The translations under genes were made by a program, and so were the position numbers. DNA of 64,000 nucleotides from Chrysomallon squamiferum (taxonomy: Eukaryota > Animalia > Mollusca): NCBI GenBank assembly GCA_012295275.1, contig CM022674.1:10106001-10170000 (forward strand), in the 5' to 3' direction. Below, piece by piece: positions 22,928 to 35,220 of the stretch. The first letter of the stretch is position 1. Each line of letters starts with the position of its first letter. A model generated the notes under the pieces. The model saw only the letters and a program-made list of their open reading frames with translations, was not told where the DNA came from and ran no database searches.

Positions 22928-25900
22928 CACTACAGTTATAACATAATTTTGATTTGTTTTAGGGTATCCAACTGGCCACCCTGAATGTACAAGTTACCAA
23001 GATGACCTTCAACATTTGAAAGAGAAAGTTGATGCTGGAGCTGACTTTATCATCACTCAGTTTTTCTTTAAACCAGAGACGTTTTTATCCTTTCTCAGAG
23101 ACTGTCGCGCTATTGGCATTCATTGTCCAATAATTCCTGGCATTTTACCTATACAGGTTATTTTATCAGATGTACTATAATTGCATAAATCCTTCACTAT
23201 TAACTTTCTGTTAATTGACTCAAATATATTAACATGTTTAGTAAATGGATTGTAATGTGAAACTATATTAACACTTATTATGATTTGTTATATAATTCTT
23301 TAAACTATATACATATTTATAAAGGCTAAGATACTGGTTCAAAATAACTAGCCTCTGATTTAGCTTTACATATTTAGAAGCAATGCAAAATGTCATAATT
23401 ACATTAAATATTTTTGCTTTTTATCTATCTTTAGTAAACAATGTAAATATGGAAAATTATTTAATTACATATTTTGTGTATTTTATTTCAGTCTTATCAA
23501 TCATTAAGACATATTGTGAAGTTGTCTAAACTTGAAGTACCACAAGAAATTATTGACGCCATTACACCTATAAAAGAAAATGATGAAGCCATTAGGCAAT
23601 TTGGAATACAGCAAGCAGTAGAACTTTTGAAAACTCTCTTTAACAGTGGCCAAGTATATGGTTTCCATTTTTATACACTAAATCGAGAAGTTGCCACTAT
23701 TGAAATTTTAAGACAGGTTGGCTTGTGGAATGAGGAAATCCAAAAACCATTACCATGGAAACTGACAGCCAACCATGCAAGATGCAAGGAGGAAATTCGT
23801 CCTATATTCTGGCGATGCAGACCAAATAGTTATGTGCATCGTACATCAAACTGGGATGAGTTTCCTAATGGAAGGTGGGGGAATTCATCTGCTGCATCAT
23901 TTGGTGATTTGAAAAGCCATCATGTGTTCTATCTGAGAAGCAGGGCTTCACAGAAGGAGCTGGTACACATGTGGGGAGAAGAACTAACATGTGAACAAGA
24001 TGTCTGGGATGTGTTCTACTGCTACATCACAGGAAAACCCAATTCTCAGGGTTACAAGGTATTTTAACTTTCTAAAAAAACAATTAATTATACATATTTA
24101 TCAGATTGTAATTTTATAGTATTTTCATGGTCCATGATTGCTTTACAAAAAAAGGAGACAGCTTATTGATAAAAAATATTTTATTGAACTATTGAAATAT
24201 ATATTTAGAAAATACATATATTATTAGAATATTTCATTCTGATGTTTACCTTTTCATTCTTTTAAATTTCAGGTTACAAAAGTACCTTGGGATGACTCGG
24301 AGCTTTCTCCAGAAACATCATTGATTTCTGCAGAGTTAGCAAAGTTAAACAAGCAAGGAGTACTGACTATCAATTCACAACCAAATGTCAATGCAGCACC
24401 ATCATCAGACCCCAACGTTGGGTGGGGATCACCAAATGGTTACATTTTTCAAAAGGTTCTTGTATCATTAACTTCTGCTTTCAAATTGAAAAATGTTACC
24501 ATTGGTCAACTGGACATAAAAAACATCTTTGTGTATAACCCTGTCAGATTGTTTATTTCTAATCAAAGTAATTTTATTGTATTAGTCTGATTCTCAGGTT
24601 TAGATTGTAGGTTTGACAGACATGTTTACTGTGACTATCAAATAATTTCCTTTTCTAGAAAGGTCATAAATGAATATGATAGTGGATATTTTTCTTCTCA
24701 GTGGAAAACGAATATAAAAGATAACGAATTACTCGTTGTTAGACACTGATCCATAGATTTGTAGCAGTATGTTTATTCCTTCATTATTGTGCAAAGAAAG
24801 TATTTAAATTTGCTCTGCTAATTTGTAATGGTATGAAGTTTATTTTGTTTTCTTTCCCCATAGGCATACCTAGAGTTCTTTACATCCAAGGAAAATGTTG
24901 ATGCATTGAAACAAATTTTGCCTGATTATCCACTGGTGAATTACCACATAACCAATCATAATGTAAGTTTTGGGTGGTTTTTTTGTGCAGACAAAGTTAA
25001 GCTTTAAAGCCTAAAATTCAATTAATCTAATACAGATGTATCTCTATTAACAAAGCTTTTTTTATTGTAATGAATGAACCAATTTAATTTCTATGTCCGT
25101 AATGTTTTCATGTTAAATAACTTTAAAATGTAACCAGTTGATATTTTAATCAGTGCATAAATGTCTAGGCTTGGAACATACAACACTAAAATGGTGTGCA
25201 TTTAATTTAATGCTAAAAAAAATTATAATTCTTTATTATTTTTGGTAAAGTAAATTTGTTTTTTAATTACAGTAATAATTATATTATCTATCAAAATATC
25301 AAGAGTGCTGCAGATTTTGATATCTTTTTGATTAATTAATGTGATCTATTCAATCTTCTCGATTAATCTAACTGATCTGCTTCCTTATTCATTGATTTAC
25401 ATTAATATTTTGTTATTTTAAGTGATTAATAAATTATCAAAGTATGATGGTGAATGTTACAGGGAGAAGAAGATTACACAAACTGTCACCATTATGAGCC
25501 AGTAGCTGTGACATGGGGAGTGTTCCCAGGTCAGGAAATCATTCAACCGACTGTTGTAGACCCAGTAGCCTTTATCACTTGGAAGGTCTGTCTTTAACAC
25601 ACACACATGACCACACACAATGCCATATATACAATGATGCATATATTTACTTACAATATTTTAATAATTTCTTCCACTAATGTTGTTGTAGATTATTATG
25701 ACTGATTAGTTTAATGTTTCATTTGTTGTTTTTTGCCTTTAGATATTATCATTGCAACTTAATTGAGTTCAAAAGCACCAAAGTTTAAATTGGCCATCTA
25801 GTGATGTCACACACACACACAACCAACAATATGGATTCTAAGAAATTTTAACCAAATAGTTTTGTTATTTTGATTCTGTCATTTATGTTTAGGATGAGGC

Positions 25901-26105
25901 ATTTGCTCTCTGGATTGAGACATGGGGACATCTCTACCCACCAGAATCAAAATCAAGGGAGATCATCGAGAGAATATACAAGAATTATTACTTGATCAAT
26001 TTAGTGGATAATGAATTCCCCAAACCAACATGTCTGTGGGAAATTGTGGACAAAATGTTGTTGCTGGCTCAGCAACTGAAAATGGCAGGTGGGTTCAAAA
26101 ATTAA
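20780..26105 (+). CDS. MTHFR: Methylenetetrahydrofolate reductase, eukaryotic type with SAM-binding regulatory domain, 9 exons, about 664 aa
   Basis: Exons 20780-21036, 21616-21857, 22310-22426, 22963-23156, 23492-24058, 24273-24455, 24864-24962, 25463-25585, 25893-26105; 1995 nt. Motifs: [65 protein letters not shown]. Confidence 0.97.
21165..21488. repeat. Compound (TG)/(TA)/(CA) microsatellite in MTHFR intron 1
   Basis: Directly visible dinucleotide runs; source of the VCVC/HTHT ORFs in the track. Confidence 0.95.
22041..22108 (+). mobile_element. Degenerate SINE-like fragment in MTHFR intron 2
   Basis: AAGATACCCTGCTGC...AAGAGTAG...GGTTTCCTCTCTC resembles, from memory, the central domain of a molluscan SINE. 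A possible 5' piece of the same family (CCAGTCAGTGCCCACAGACTGG) lies near 39055-39076. Not verified by search. Confidence 0.35.
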
Positions 26106-26305
26106 CATAGTCTCACAACCTACAATTACTGCTTTACAGAATGCTTAAGAGAGTTAATAAACATCTCAGTGATGGTCAGTCTATTAATAAACAAAATCAG
26201 TTAATTTCTTTGTTATTTTGAATATAAATTCATAAATTAGATCCCCAAAAAATGTACAAGAAGTAAATGATTGGAAATTCAATACGGCCTGACTTTTCGT
26301 GATTC

Positions 26306-26337
<32 letters not shown>

Positions 26338-28333
26338 TGAATATATGAAATAAAGACTTTATTAAAAAATTTTTAGATGAAAACCATGTTGCTGTTTAAA
26401 AGAAACTGGCTGATTTGAAAATGGCTTAAACTGATGGCATGTTTAAACATTGAAAGTTTATGAAACTGATGATTTCTTTCTTTTTTTTAGCTTTAAATAA
26501 AACCAAAGTCTTTCATAAGTTGCAGGGCTGTGGCTAGAAAGACCTAAAACAAATATTTAAAAATGTAAACTTCTGATGGCTGTGGCAAATAAAAATATAC
26601 TGTATAATGAAAAGTTAGGAAGATGTGACAAATTATTTTATATGATTAAGAAGACAAACATAACAAAATGTTTTAATCCTTTCTGGTTGTTAGTTATTTC
26701 AAAAGTATACATAATTAAATTACTAAGCATTATATTAATCACAACTGTGCAAGCTTTGTCATTGACATGTTTAGCAAATGTAAATAAAAGGTTTTATTTC
26801 TTTAATTGTAATCATGTTGTTATAAAATATTTACTCTATTTTGTTATACTTTTATATATTTGTTGATTTATTTATTACTGTAATTTAGTAATCAGTACCA
26901 CAGAATAATAAACAAATTGTACATTCCATATAAAAAGCAGAACTCATCACCTGATGAAATTTTCATCAGTTTAGCTGTATTTTAAAAACATTTGAATGAG
27001 TTGATTCTGTTGAAATCCTTGCCACTGATAATTATAAATGATCAGTCAGTTAGCTACAGTATGATGAGAGAATTCTGTCTTGTTCTAGCTACTACTGTTA
27101 CAAGTCAATTTTTGGATTATTATTATTGATTACAAGCTGTTGATTTATGGAATAAATTACACTCCATGTGATGAATTAACACAATCTCTTTTGAAGATGA
27201 TGTTGATCCATGTTATAAATATTATTAAATGTAAACTTGTTTTTGTTGATTTAGTTAAGTTTTATCATTTTGGTTTATCTGCACTTCATTTTTGTTCTAT
27301 GCCAATATTTTAATACAAATGAAAATGAAAAAGTATAAGATAAAAGTGTTTTCTTACTAGCGACAATCATAGACTGGTGTTAAGTTTTAGAAACAAATTT
27401 AACAGTGTTTGAAATTATTTTAATTCAAATCTGAGATTATTTGGGTGATAACATCAGGAATGTTATCATCTTTGGTTGTTGGCTTTGGTCAGTTGATGTG
27501 CAACTTATATTTTGTAATAAAATAATTTATTCAAGAATTTTTTGTGTATTCTCATTTCAGAAAAGATTGTCTGAAAATTTGTTGTGTTAAACAGATTTTA
27601 CCTTACTGTAGTTTTAATTTAGAAATATTCTGTAAAAGATATATTTGTATTGAAATAAAACTTCTTATGACATGGTATTTTTCATTATTACTTTATATGG
27701 GTGATTTGTCAAAGAGTAAGTCATTTTAGCCAGTAATGTACTTCTGTAATCTGTTATTTTATTACTCTCATGCATTTTACAAACACTCGACTTATTAAAA
27801 TTGTCAAACTCTTCCGTTTTGATTGATCATGTTTGAAGGTACTGCAATTTTATTTATTGCTTGTCTTTAAAAAAAATTTTGATCAATATTTGATTGAAAC
27901 ATAAGTTCATACTGTTTAAGTCAAATTCAAAGAACATTTAGATATTTGTCCAGATCTATTCAATCGTGTGTGCCATTTCATTTACCTTCAGATCATGTTA
28001 TATGTTCGTCTCATGTGAAACAAATCACTAGCTCACATTTTGAGAAAATGCCATGAAAGTTTGGTCCAACCAAATAAACATATAAGAAAAATGTATAGAA
28101 CAAAAGCTTGAGTGATTCAGATAAATAATTTTATTTCAGTCAGAATATATTTAAACTTGCTAAAAACACTTGAGCATGATAAGATAAAAAAATTTTTTAC
28201 ACTCAACATTGTGCTAAATTTTGTAGAATTTTCTGTGCATGATACAAGGATAAAATATAACCCAAATAAAAAAAAAAAAAACATCTCACAAAGTTACAAC
28301 ACGACAAATATTTTCTAAGTAGATAAAAATGAA

Positions 28334-30056
28334 CTAATGAGTTAATCTTGACATCAAACCAGGAGTTGTGGAATTGTTCTTGTATTTTCCGAGAGTATCA
28401 AATATTTTAAACTTGGTTGTGTAAGTTCCAACCTTGAAATCAAACACAATGCCTAAAATAATGTTCAAAGCAGACATATCATAGTGGTGACACCCTGAGT
28501 ATCGGAACAGTGGTTTACGGAAATGATTGCACCCAACATTTTGTGCTCCAGTGGGGCTGATACAGTCTTCTAACAATGCACATTTAACCCATGGCAACAT
28601 GATTTCCTCATGAATCTTTTTAGTGTTGTATATAACAAGATGGTTAGATTCAACAGAACGATGAAAATAAAAATCTTCCTGTTTTGTTTTAAAATACTGA
28701 AACATTTTGGGGTGAGTCAAAGAAGAAGTAGAATCAACTATAGTCCAAGCTACAAGTCCTACATTTCTGGCTTGTTCAATCAAGCTGCTGTTTACTTTGG
28801 AAACAAAATATTGCGATGTATCTGTCCAGATGACAGAACTGAATTCATTCAGTACTTCCTGGGGAAAAAAAGTATAAAACAGATCATAAAATATATTTTT
28901 GTTAAATGAAATCATCAAAAACATATTTGACTATTTCTTGGTACCTATAATTTATAATTTGGTTGCAGAAAGTAGTATCAATCTATGGTATTAAAAGAAA
29001 TTAGCACACTATCAGTTGCTAACAGTTCACACAATTTTAAGAAAAATAATAAATATAAATATGTTTGTGTGTATAATTTTGATCAAAACTAAATAAAAAT
29101 CAGAAAGAAAAGGTAAAAAAATAACAAATTAACCAGATGAAATACCTGTATACAAACTGGCCTGTAGCTCTTGATGTCGAGATACTGTATATGGGATGGG
29201 AATTTGCTGAATGTTAACAAACGTACTGAGCAATGCCACGTAATATTGCAGTATTTTTCTAACTGAAAATAAAAACATAGAGATCTAAAAATATGATAAT
29301 GATGGTGTTGTAAAATTAGAAATCTTTTCAAAATACAGTGCTGTTTAAGACTGTCTTAAACTCTATTAAAAAACATTTAATGTAAATGTGTATGTGTACA
29401 TGTGTGTGTGTGTGTGTGTGTGTGTATACATATATATGTATATATGTATGTATGTTTGTAGACATGTATGTATGTATGTATGTATGTATGTATGTATGTA
29501 TCACAGGTCTCTCTACATACTGTAAGAGAGGGTAAGCCTGCCAGTTTGCCCACCAATCATCAAGAACGGCAGCAATATCTGCCACCCGTTTATTTAGACT
29601 GGCTGTCATGCCATTGTTTTACACTTTTGGGATCAGCAGTTCAAAGGTCTTGTCCCTAAACAAAATTGAAGTAATCCAAAGTGACGACTGAAATTTGCTG
29701 CAACTCACGATCCTTGTGTAATGGAAGCTACTGTAGCAGGCGCTGTGCAGCTAAATTATTGCGCCTGAATTTCAATGATTGCTACAAATTGTTCAGCATG
29801 CAACTGTATAATTATTTTATCCTAGTTTTAAAATATTTTCTTTGTCCTTTGAAAAAAACATATGCACTCAATCTGCACAATATAAAAATAATTATTATTA
29901 ACAGAGCATCGCCAATTCAATGTCACATTCTCATAGTCATTATCATACTGCAAGGCGAATTTTTACTTTCAGAGCAATGAAAATGATCTAATGTTACACA
30001 CACACACGTATGTATATATAAAACATAGAGAAGGTTACAAAACTTTATGTGTGTGT

Positions 30057-30101
<45 letters not shown>

Positions 30102-33100
30102 TTGTATATATATATTCATGTAAAGAATATAATTCTCAGAACAACCAGACAAAACTCGCTGGTAACAGATACTTTGATATTATTTAATTGCAAATAAAAT
30201 AAACTTGTTAATAGTTAATGCATTTGATGCAATTATTTATAGGAGCATTTTTGACTGTTCAAAGTACTTGAACTCGGAATATTTTCAGTACCATCCCTTC
30301 GTTTAACTTGCACCAGTTCCACCAATTCCTGCCATCCCTTTCACAAATGCTGGCAAGACCATTGTGTGTGTATGTGTACACAAGTATATGAGTGTGTGTG
30401 TCTGTCTGTGTGTATTTGTGTGTATGTGTATTTGTGTGTATGTATGTGTGTGTGTGTGTGTCTGTGTCAGTACAGCAGAAACTGGCAAAACAGGATCACC
30501 ACGGCACCTTTTAAAAACGTCTGGTTTGAACAGGATCATCCAGTTTTTAGAAGATTCTCTTTTGCCATTGATTTAGAAACTCAGAATACATTAGAGTTAC
30601 TTCCCTTCTCCAGGTCAGTTTGTTCACCTCATCATATTTGCACTTTTCTTTTCATATTCAGAATAATATCCATTCTTTTTCTTTAAAATATTTTATACTG
30701 TTAATGTGCTGATTACAAATTTCTTAGCTGTTTCCGATTTAATTTGGGTACAGATTCAGAATCCCATATTAAATTAATTTTGTATTTTAACAAAAGTTCA
30801 ATTCACCAGTGTTTTGCTTGCAGGTGACTAGACATTTTACAGAGATTGATGTTTGTTTCTACATCTGCACTTGTTTACATATATCTATGAAATAAGTGAT
30901 AAAATATGTGCATTGTAGAGCTTTCCATTTGATTTGTAAATTGTGAATGAAATGTGACAATGAGTAGACAGCTATGTTACATTTAATTTGTTTGTTAGCA
31001 CATCCATAATTACATGAGATGGTTAACAAGCTTACCTGGCTTATAATTTCTTGAGGGTACTGAAACAATAATTTAACCCTTTTGGAATGAAAACTGATCT
31101 GATACCCATAATATATAGAATTTGATTTATTTAAGGTTTTAATGCACATAATGTACACACATAAATTCAGGATAACCAGTGACCGATTTTGCCAGTTTTC
31201 ACAGTGTGTGTGTGTGCATGCATACATGTATGTATGTATGTATGTCTGTGTCTGTGTCTGTGTGTGTGTCAAATTTATTGCAAAGGCATCGAAAAACTTG
31301 TTGACCTTTGGGAAGAAGTGGTAAATAACAACAGAGAATACATTATTGATTAATTTACATCTTGTTATAGGTCATTCCATGTCAAATCACCCCCCCCCCT
31401 CAAATCATCCCACAGCACCAAATCCAAAATTTTAGGCCAATCAGACCAATGGTTTGGGAGATATGGCTCCCCGAATTTTGGCCAAAATGGGTGTGACCAC
31501 CAACCTTTTAACCCTCCTATCTCAGGAACTACTGGGCCAATCTGGGTTCAGTTTGTAGGCATGCTTCTTTGATTTAGACACTGGAACTAACCGTTTTGAC
31601 CACCTGAAACCTCCCTCATAGTTTCAACTCATGCTTTGCTATGTGTTCTGGTGTGATGTTGAAAAAGTTTGTCGCAAAAAAGTTCCATTCACCTTCCAAC
31701 CCAAAGTCCTCTTCATGATGGCACAGATTAATAAAATTGTTCTTATTTTTATACGGTCCAGCACAGCCATCACTGTTACAAAATAGTGCAGTGAACTGAA
31801 TTGATCTTGAGACTAGTTTTATCTCAGGCATAATCACTGTATTAAAATATAGTGGTCATAGTACTGGTAAATGTACCACTATTCTTATATTAGACATGAT
31901 AGTAGTTGAAGTAATAATAGTAAAAGCTGTAGCTGTAGAAGTATCAGTGTTGTAATACACACAGAAGTATTTGTATTCTAGTAGTAGTACTATTATTATT
32001 ACTACTACTGCCAGCAATAATAAAAATGATGATGATGATGATGATGATGATGACAATAATAATCATAATGATAATTAATCCAATATTATTGCTACAAGTA
32101 GCAGTTTCATAGTTGAAGAAGCAGTAGTAGTAGTGGATGTAGGTAGTAGCAGATATAATAGTAATGTAGATGGAGTGTTAGTATAATTAGTAGTACTAAA
32201 AAAAGTGGTAGGATTAATTATAGTGCTAACAGTAGAAGAAGATGTATCAGTAGAAGTAGCAAAATAAGGAACAGCTATTGTAGTAGTTGTTGATATAATG
32301 CTGATGCTAGTAGTAGTAGAGTTAGTAACAGTATTTGTGATAATAAAAGTAACAGTAGTGGCAATGATGGTGACAGCAGTAGCTGTTCTAATAATAAAAG
32401 TAGCAATAGCACCATTAGTAAAGTAATAATGGTAGAAGTACTGATGGTGGTGGTGGTAGTAGTAGTAGTAGTAGTCTAGAAGGAATTATAATAGTAATAT
32501 AACTGCCATGTGCTCGGTGGGGATTTCACCAGGGGATTTCAAGGAGTTACTGACATGCCTGAAGCCACATGTCCTGTTAAACCTTTGGGCCTAATCGTGT
32601 AGAATATGTCATGCCATTTGGCATCTTTCCATACCCTTCAGGCATTCCTTCAGACATGTCAGGTAGATTTTGACGCCAAAGATGAGTTTTTGGTCTCAGA
32701 GAAGTCTATACATGTAGAAAATGTACATTATAATGCATTCTATCAATCATCCATGCAAGTATGCATTTTTTAAATCTATATTCTGGCTAAACAAAAAAGA
32801 TTACACCTCTGAAACTTTTATATGTTTTAGTTAACATGTGGGAGATTAAATTTCAAGAAAGATCCTCTCAAGGTCATCTGATCCACAAGGTCAAGGTCAT
32901 TACAAAGGTCAAACAGTCAGTGTAACCCAACATTCTTCAAACTGAACAATAATGGCAGATTTGGAAACCTTGTCACATTGCCTTTTCAACAATACCAATT
33001 TTATGAAGATTGGCCCAGTAGTTCCTGAGATATGGTGGTCATGCCCATTTTGGCCAAAAATCACAAAATTTGGGGGGGCCATACCTCCCAAACCACTGGT

Positions 33101-33318
33101 CCAATTCACCTAAAATATCAGATTTTGTGCTTTGGGATCCCAAGTTTCATAAAAATCCAAGTCAGTTTTAACCCATTGGGTGATTTGACACAGAATGACC
33201 CTTTTATCACTTAAGCTTAAGTTTTCTTCTATGCAATTTAATTTAACCGCAATGACTTATTCCTCAAAGCAATACATATAAATATAGGTATATGTGTGCA
33301 AATATGTTTTTGAGTATC

Positions 33319-33351
<33 letters not shown>

Positions 33352-33962
33352 GTAAATTTAATTAACTAAATAAAATGATTATAGTAGATAAAATGATTAT
33401 AGTAGATAATAAAGTATAGAACTGGAATTTTAACTATGTATTTTAATAAATAACTCTTCAGGCTTTACTTATATAATTAACCATTCAAAAAAAAAAAAAG
33501 AATATGAAATTAAGAAAATAAAACAGAATGTAACAAATTATTAACCATTAAAAATTTTTGTTTTTGATTAATAGAACTCACCATAGTTTTCTCTGTCTTT
33601 GACAGACCTAAATCAAATACAACCATTTTATATGATGGTAGATATTTCTGAACTGACTTCATTAAAAACACAGATTCCTCAAACTTCCCTGGTTCCACTG
33701 CTGTTGCTACCACAGGAATGTGTGAAAGGTCTTCATTGAAAGTCAACTGCTTATTAAAACCTAAAGCATGTAGGTACACTGGGTCAACAGTCAACTCTCG
33801 CACATCTTCTGTGTTGGATGGCAGATACTTTATGTTATTGATTTGTTTGTGTGTTTTACTAACCATCACTCGAAAACTTGATGACGGGTAACTGAACAGC
33901 CATAATGAAACACTTGTTGCTGCTATGAACAACAAAATTATGTAAAAGTTTTTAGTTTTCAT
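28334..33962 (-). CDS. DUF1647-like uncharacterised type II membrane protein, 3 coding exons, about 340 aa
   Basis: Exons 33962-33582, 29262-29146, 28858-28334, all phase 0. N-terminal signal anchor FYIILLFIAATSVSLWLF. Motifs VVFDLGLS, YRPVCIQ, VIWTDTS, PWVKCALLEDCISPTGAQ and CHHYDMSALNIILG are recalled as DUF1647-type. An alternative in-frame ATG lies at 33989. Confidence 0.8.
29502..30364. mobile_element. Possible degenerate hAT-like non-autonomous element
   Basis: GC-richer block bounded by CACAGGTCTCTCTA and TGGCAAGACCATTG, which show only partial inverted complementarity. It is flanked by TATG/TG microsatellites; no TSD can be resolved. Confidence 0.35.
30472..31204. mobile_element. MITE-like element with imperfect TIRs
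   Basis: Left end ACAGCAGAAACTGGCAAAACAGGATCAC versus reverse complement of the right end ACTGTGAAAACTGGCAAAATCGGTCAC, sharing the core AAACTGGCAAAA. TG microsatellites lie on both sides. Confidence 0.55.
31660..31795 (-). pseudogene. DDD transposase fragment, Sola2-like
   Basis: SDGCAGPYKNKNNFINLCHHEEDFGLEGEWNFFAT matches the recalled SDGxxxQYKN...W(H/N)FFATSHGK motif. Similarity breaks right after FFAT. Confidence 0.75.
31845..32500. repeat. Degenerate (AGT/GAT)n low-complexity tract inside the Sola2-like element
   Basis: About 650 bp of decayed trinucleotide repeat. Confidence 0.85.
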
Positions 33963-35004
33963 TTGATCGACAACAGAATATCCCTTCATGGGCAATAAAT
34001 TTGATAAAAGTAAAAACCAGATCAGGTGATTCACATTAGCTATACTTCTTTTTTTCAGACCATTTTCACAAATCCTGTGAACAAATATCCTCTTCAGTAA
34101 TTAATTAGACTGCAAATCCTTAAAAATAAAAAATAAAATAAATAAATTCAAATGTAAACTGCTACTCATAACTAAGTTTAGAACTTAACATTTGAACAAA
34201 AAATGTACAATGATATTATAAGCACCATACCAATACTAATTATTGAATAATACATTTTGTTGTAGAAAGTATTCAAAATGTTCAGTAAAATGACTGGCAT
34301 GTTTTCATAATGCATATAATATAGGTGAATAAAATAAATAAATACATATTTGTTTTGTAGAATTACATCAGATACAGTAAATGCCAACTGAATTAAACTG
34401 ATATTATTAATGAATCGCAAAGATGTAACACATGTTTACAATAAACAACAGAAACCATTGCCTTTATTTAATTATTATTTTCTTATTAAATACATGAGCA
34501 GCAATTAAACACTTGATGCCCATGTATGTAACAAGAAACTAAATAAAGTGAAGAAAATGTTTTACAGTTTTGTTGGCTTCCTGTAGTTTTTGAAACACAA
34601 CTATTAATGAATTCGAGAGAGCAATGATCTTGAATTCAACACTGTTTGCAAAATAATAATAGAATTGCACAAGATTCAAGCTGTGACAACAAAATTATTA
34701 AATATTAATTTAAAATTTATTAATTTTGTTACCAAATTTTGCTTAATTTTTATTAATAATTTTAATATTTTTGTTATAATTAGAAAATATATTTTTTCTT
34801 CATATAAAATTAAATTATCATGATGATGTTTCTCTATGTGTCAATACAATCCAGTCCAGTTTTGCTACCGATAACAAACAGTGACAAATTATTCATATCT
34901 ATATTCCATTAAACATTTAATGAATGACATAAATTATTGCATTCATTAAATCAGGAAAGATGTAAAGATATAAACATTAAGAAAATATTTGTAATAGAAA
35001 AATA

Positions 35005-35215
35005 ATACAGAACAGCTTCAAACAACAACAACAACAACAAGAACAGCTTCAAACAACAACAAAACAACAACAACAACTACTACTACTACTACTACTACAA
35101 CTACAACTACTACTAACATTACTACTACTACTACTACTACTACTACAACTACTACTAACATTACTACTACTACTACTACTACTACTACTCTACTACTACT
35201 ACTGCTACTACTGTT
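35005..35215. repeat. (AAC)n/(TAC)n compound microsatellite
   Basis: Directly visible; explains the poly-Val ORF 35018-35335. Confidence 0.95.
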
Positions 35216-35220
35216 ATTAT

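Larger units (their letters stand above)
31369..33201. mobile_element. Internally deleted Sola2-like DNA transposon with long TIRs
   Basis: Termini AGGTCATTCCATGTCAAATCACCC and (reverse complement) GGGTCATTCTGTGTCAAATCACCC, 21/24 identical. Inverted similarity extends about 175-195 bp, including a perfect 26-mer (31518-31543 vs 33007-33032). An internal transposase remnant is present. Confidence 0.8.

Noticed and set aside
28610-28909. Antisense or shadow ORFs over real exons (also 1717-1902, 15857-16102, 25457-25642, 58881-59150)
   Set aside because: They are by-products of coding sequence on the opposite strand.
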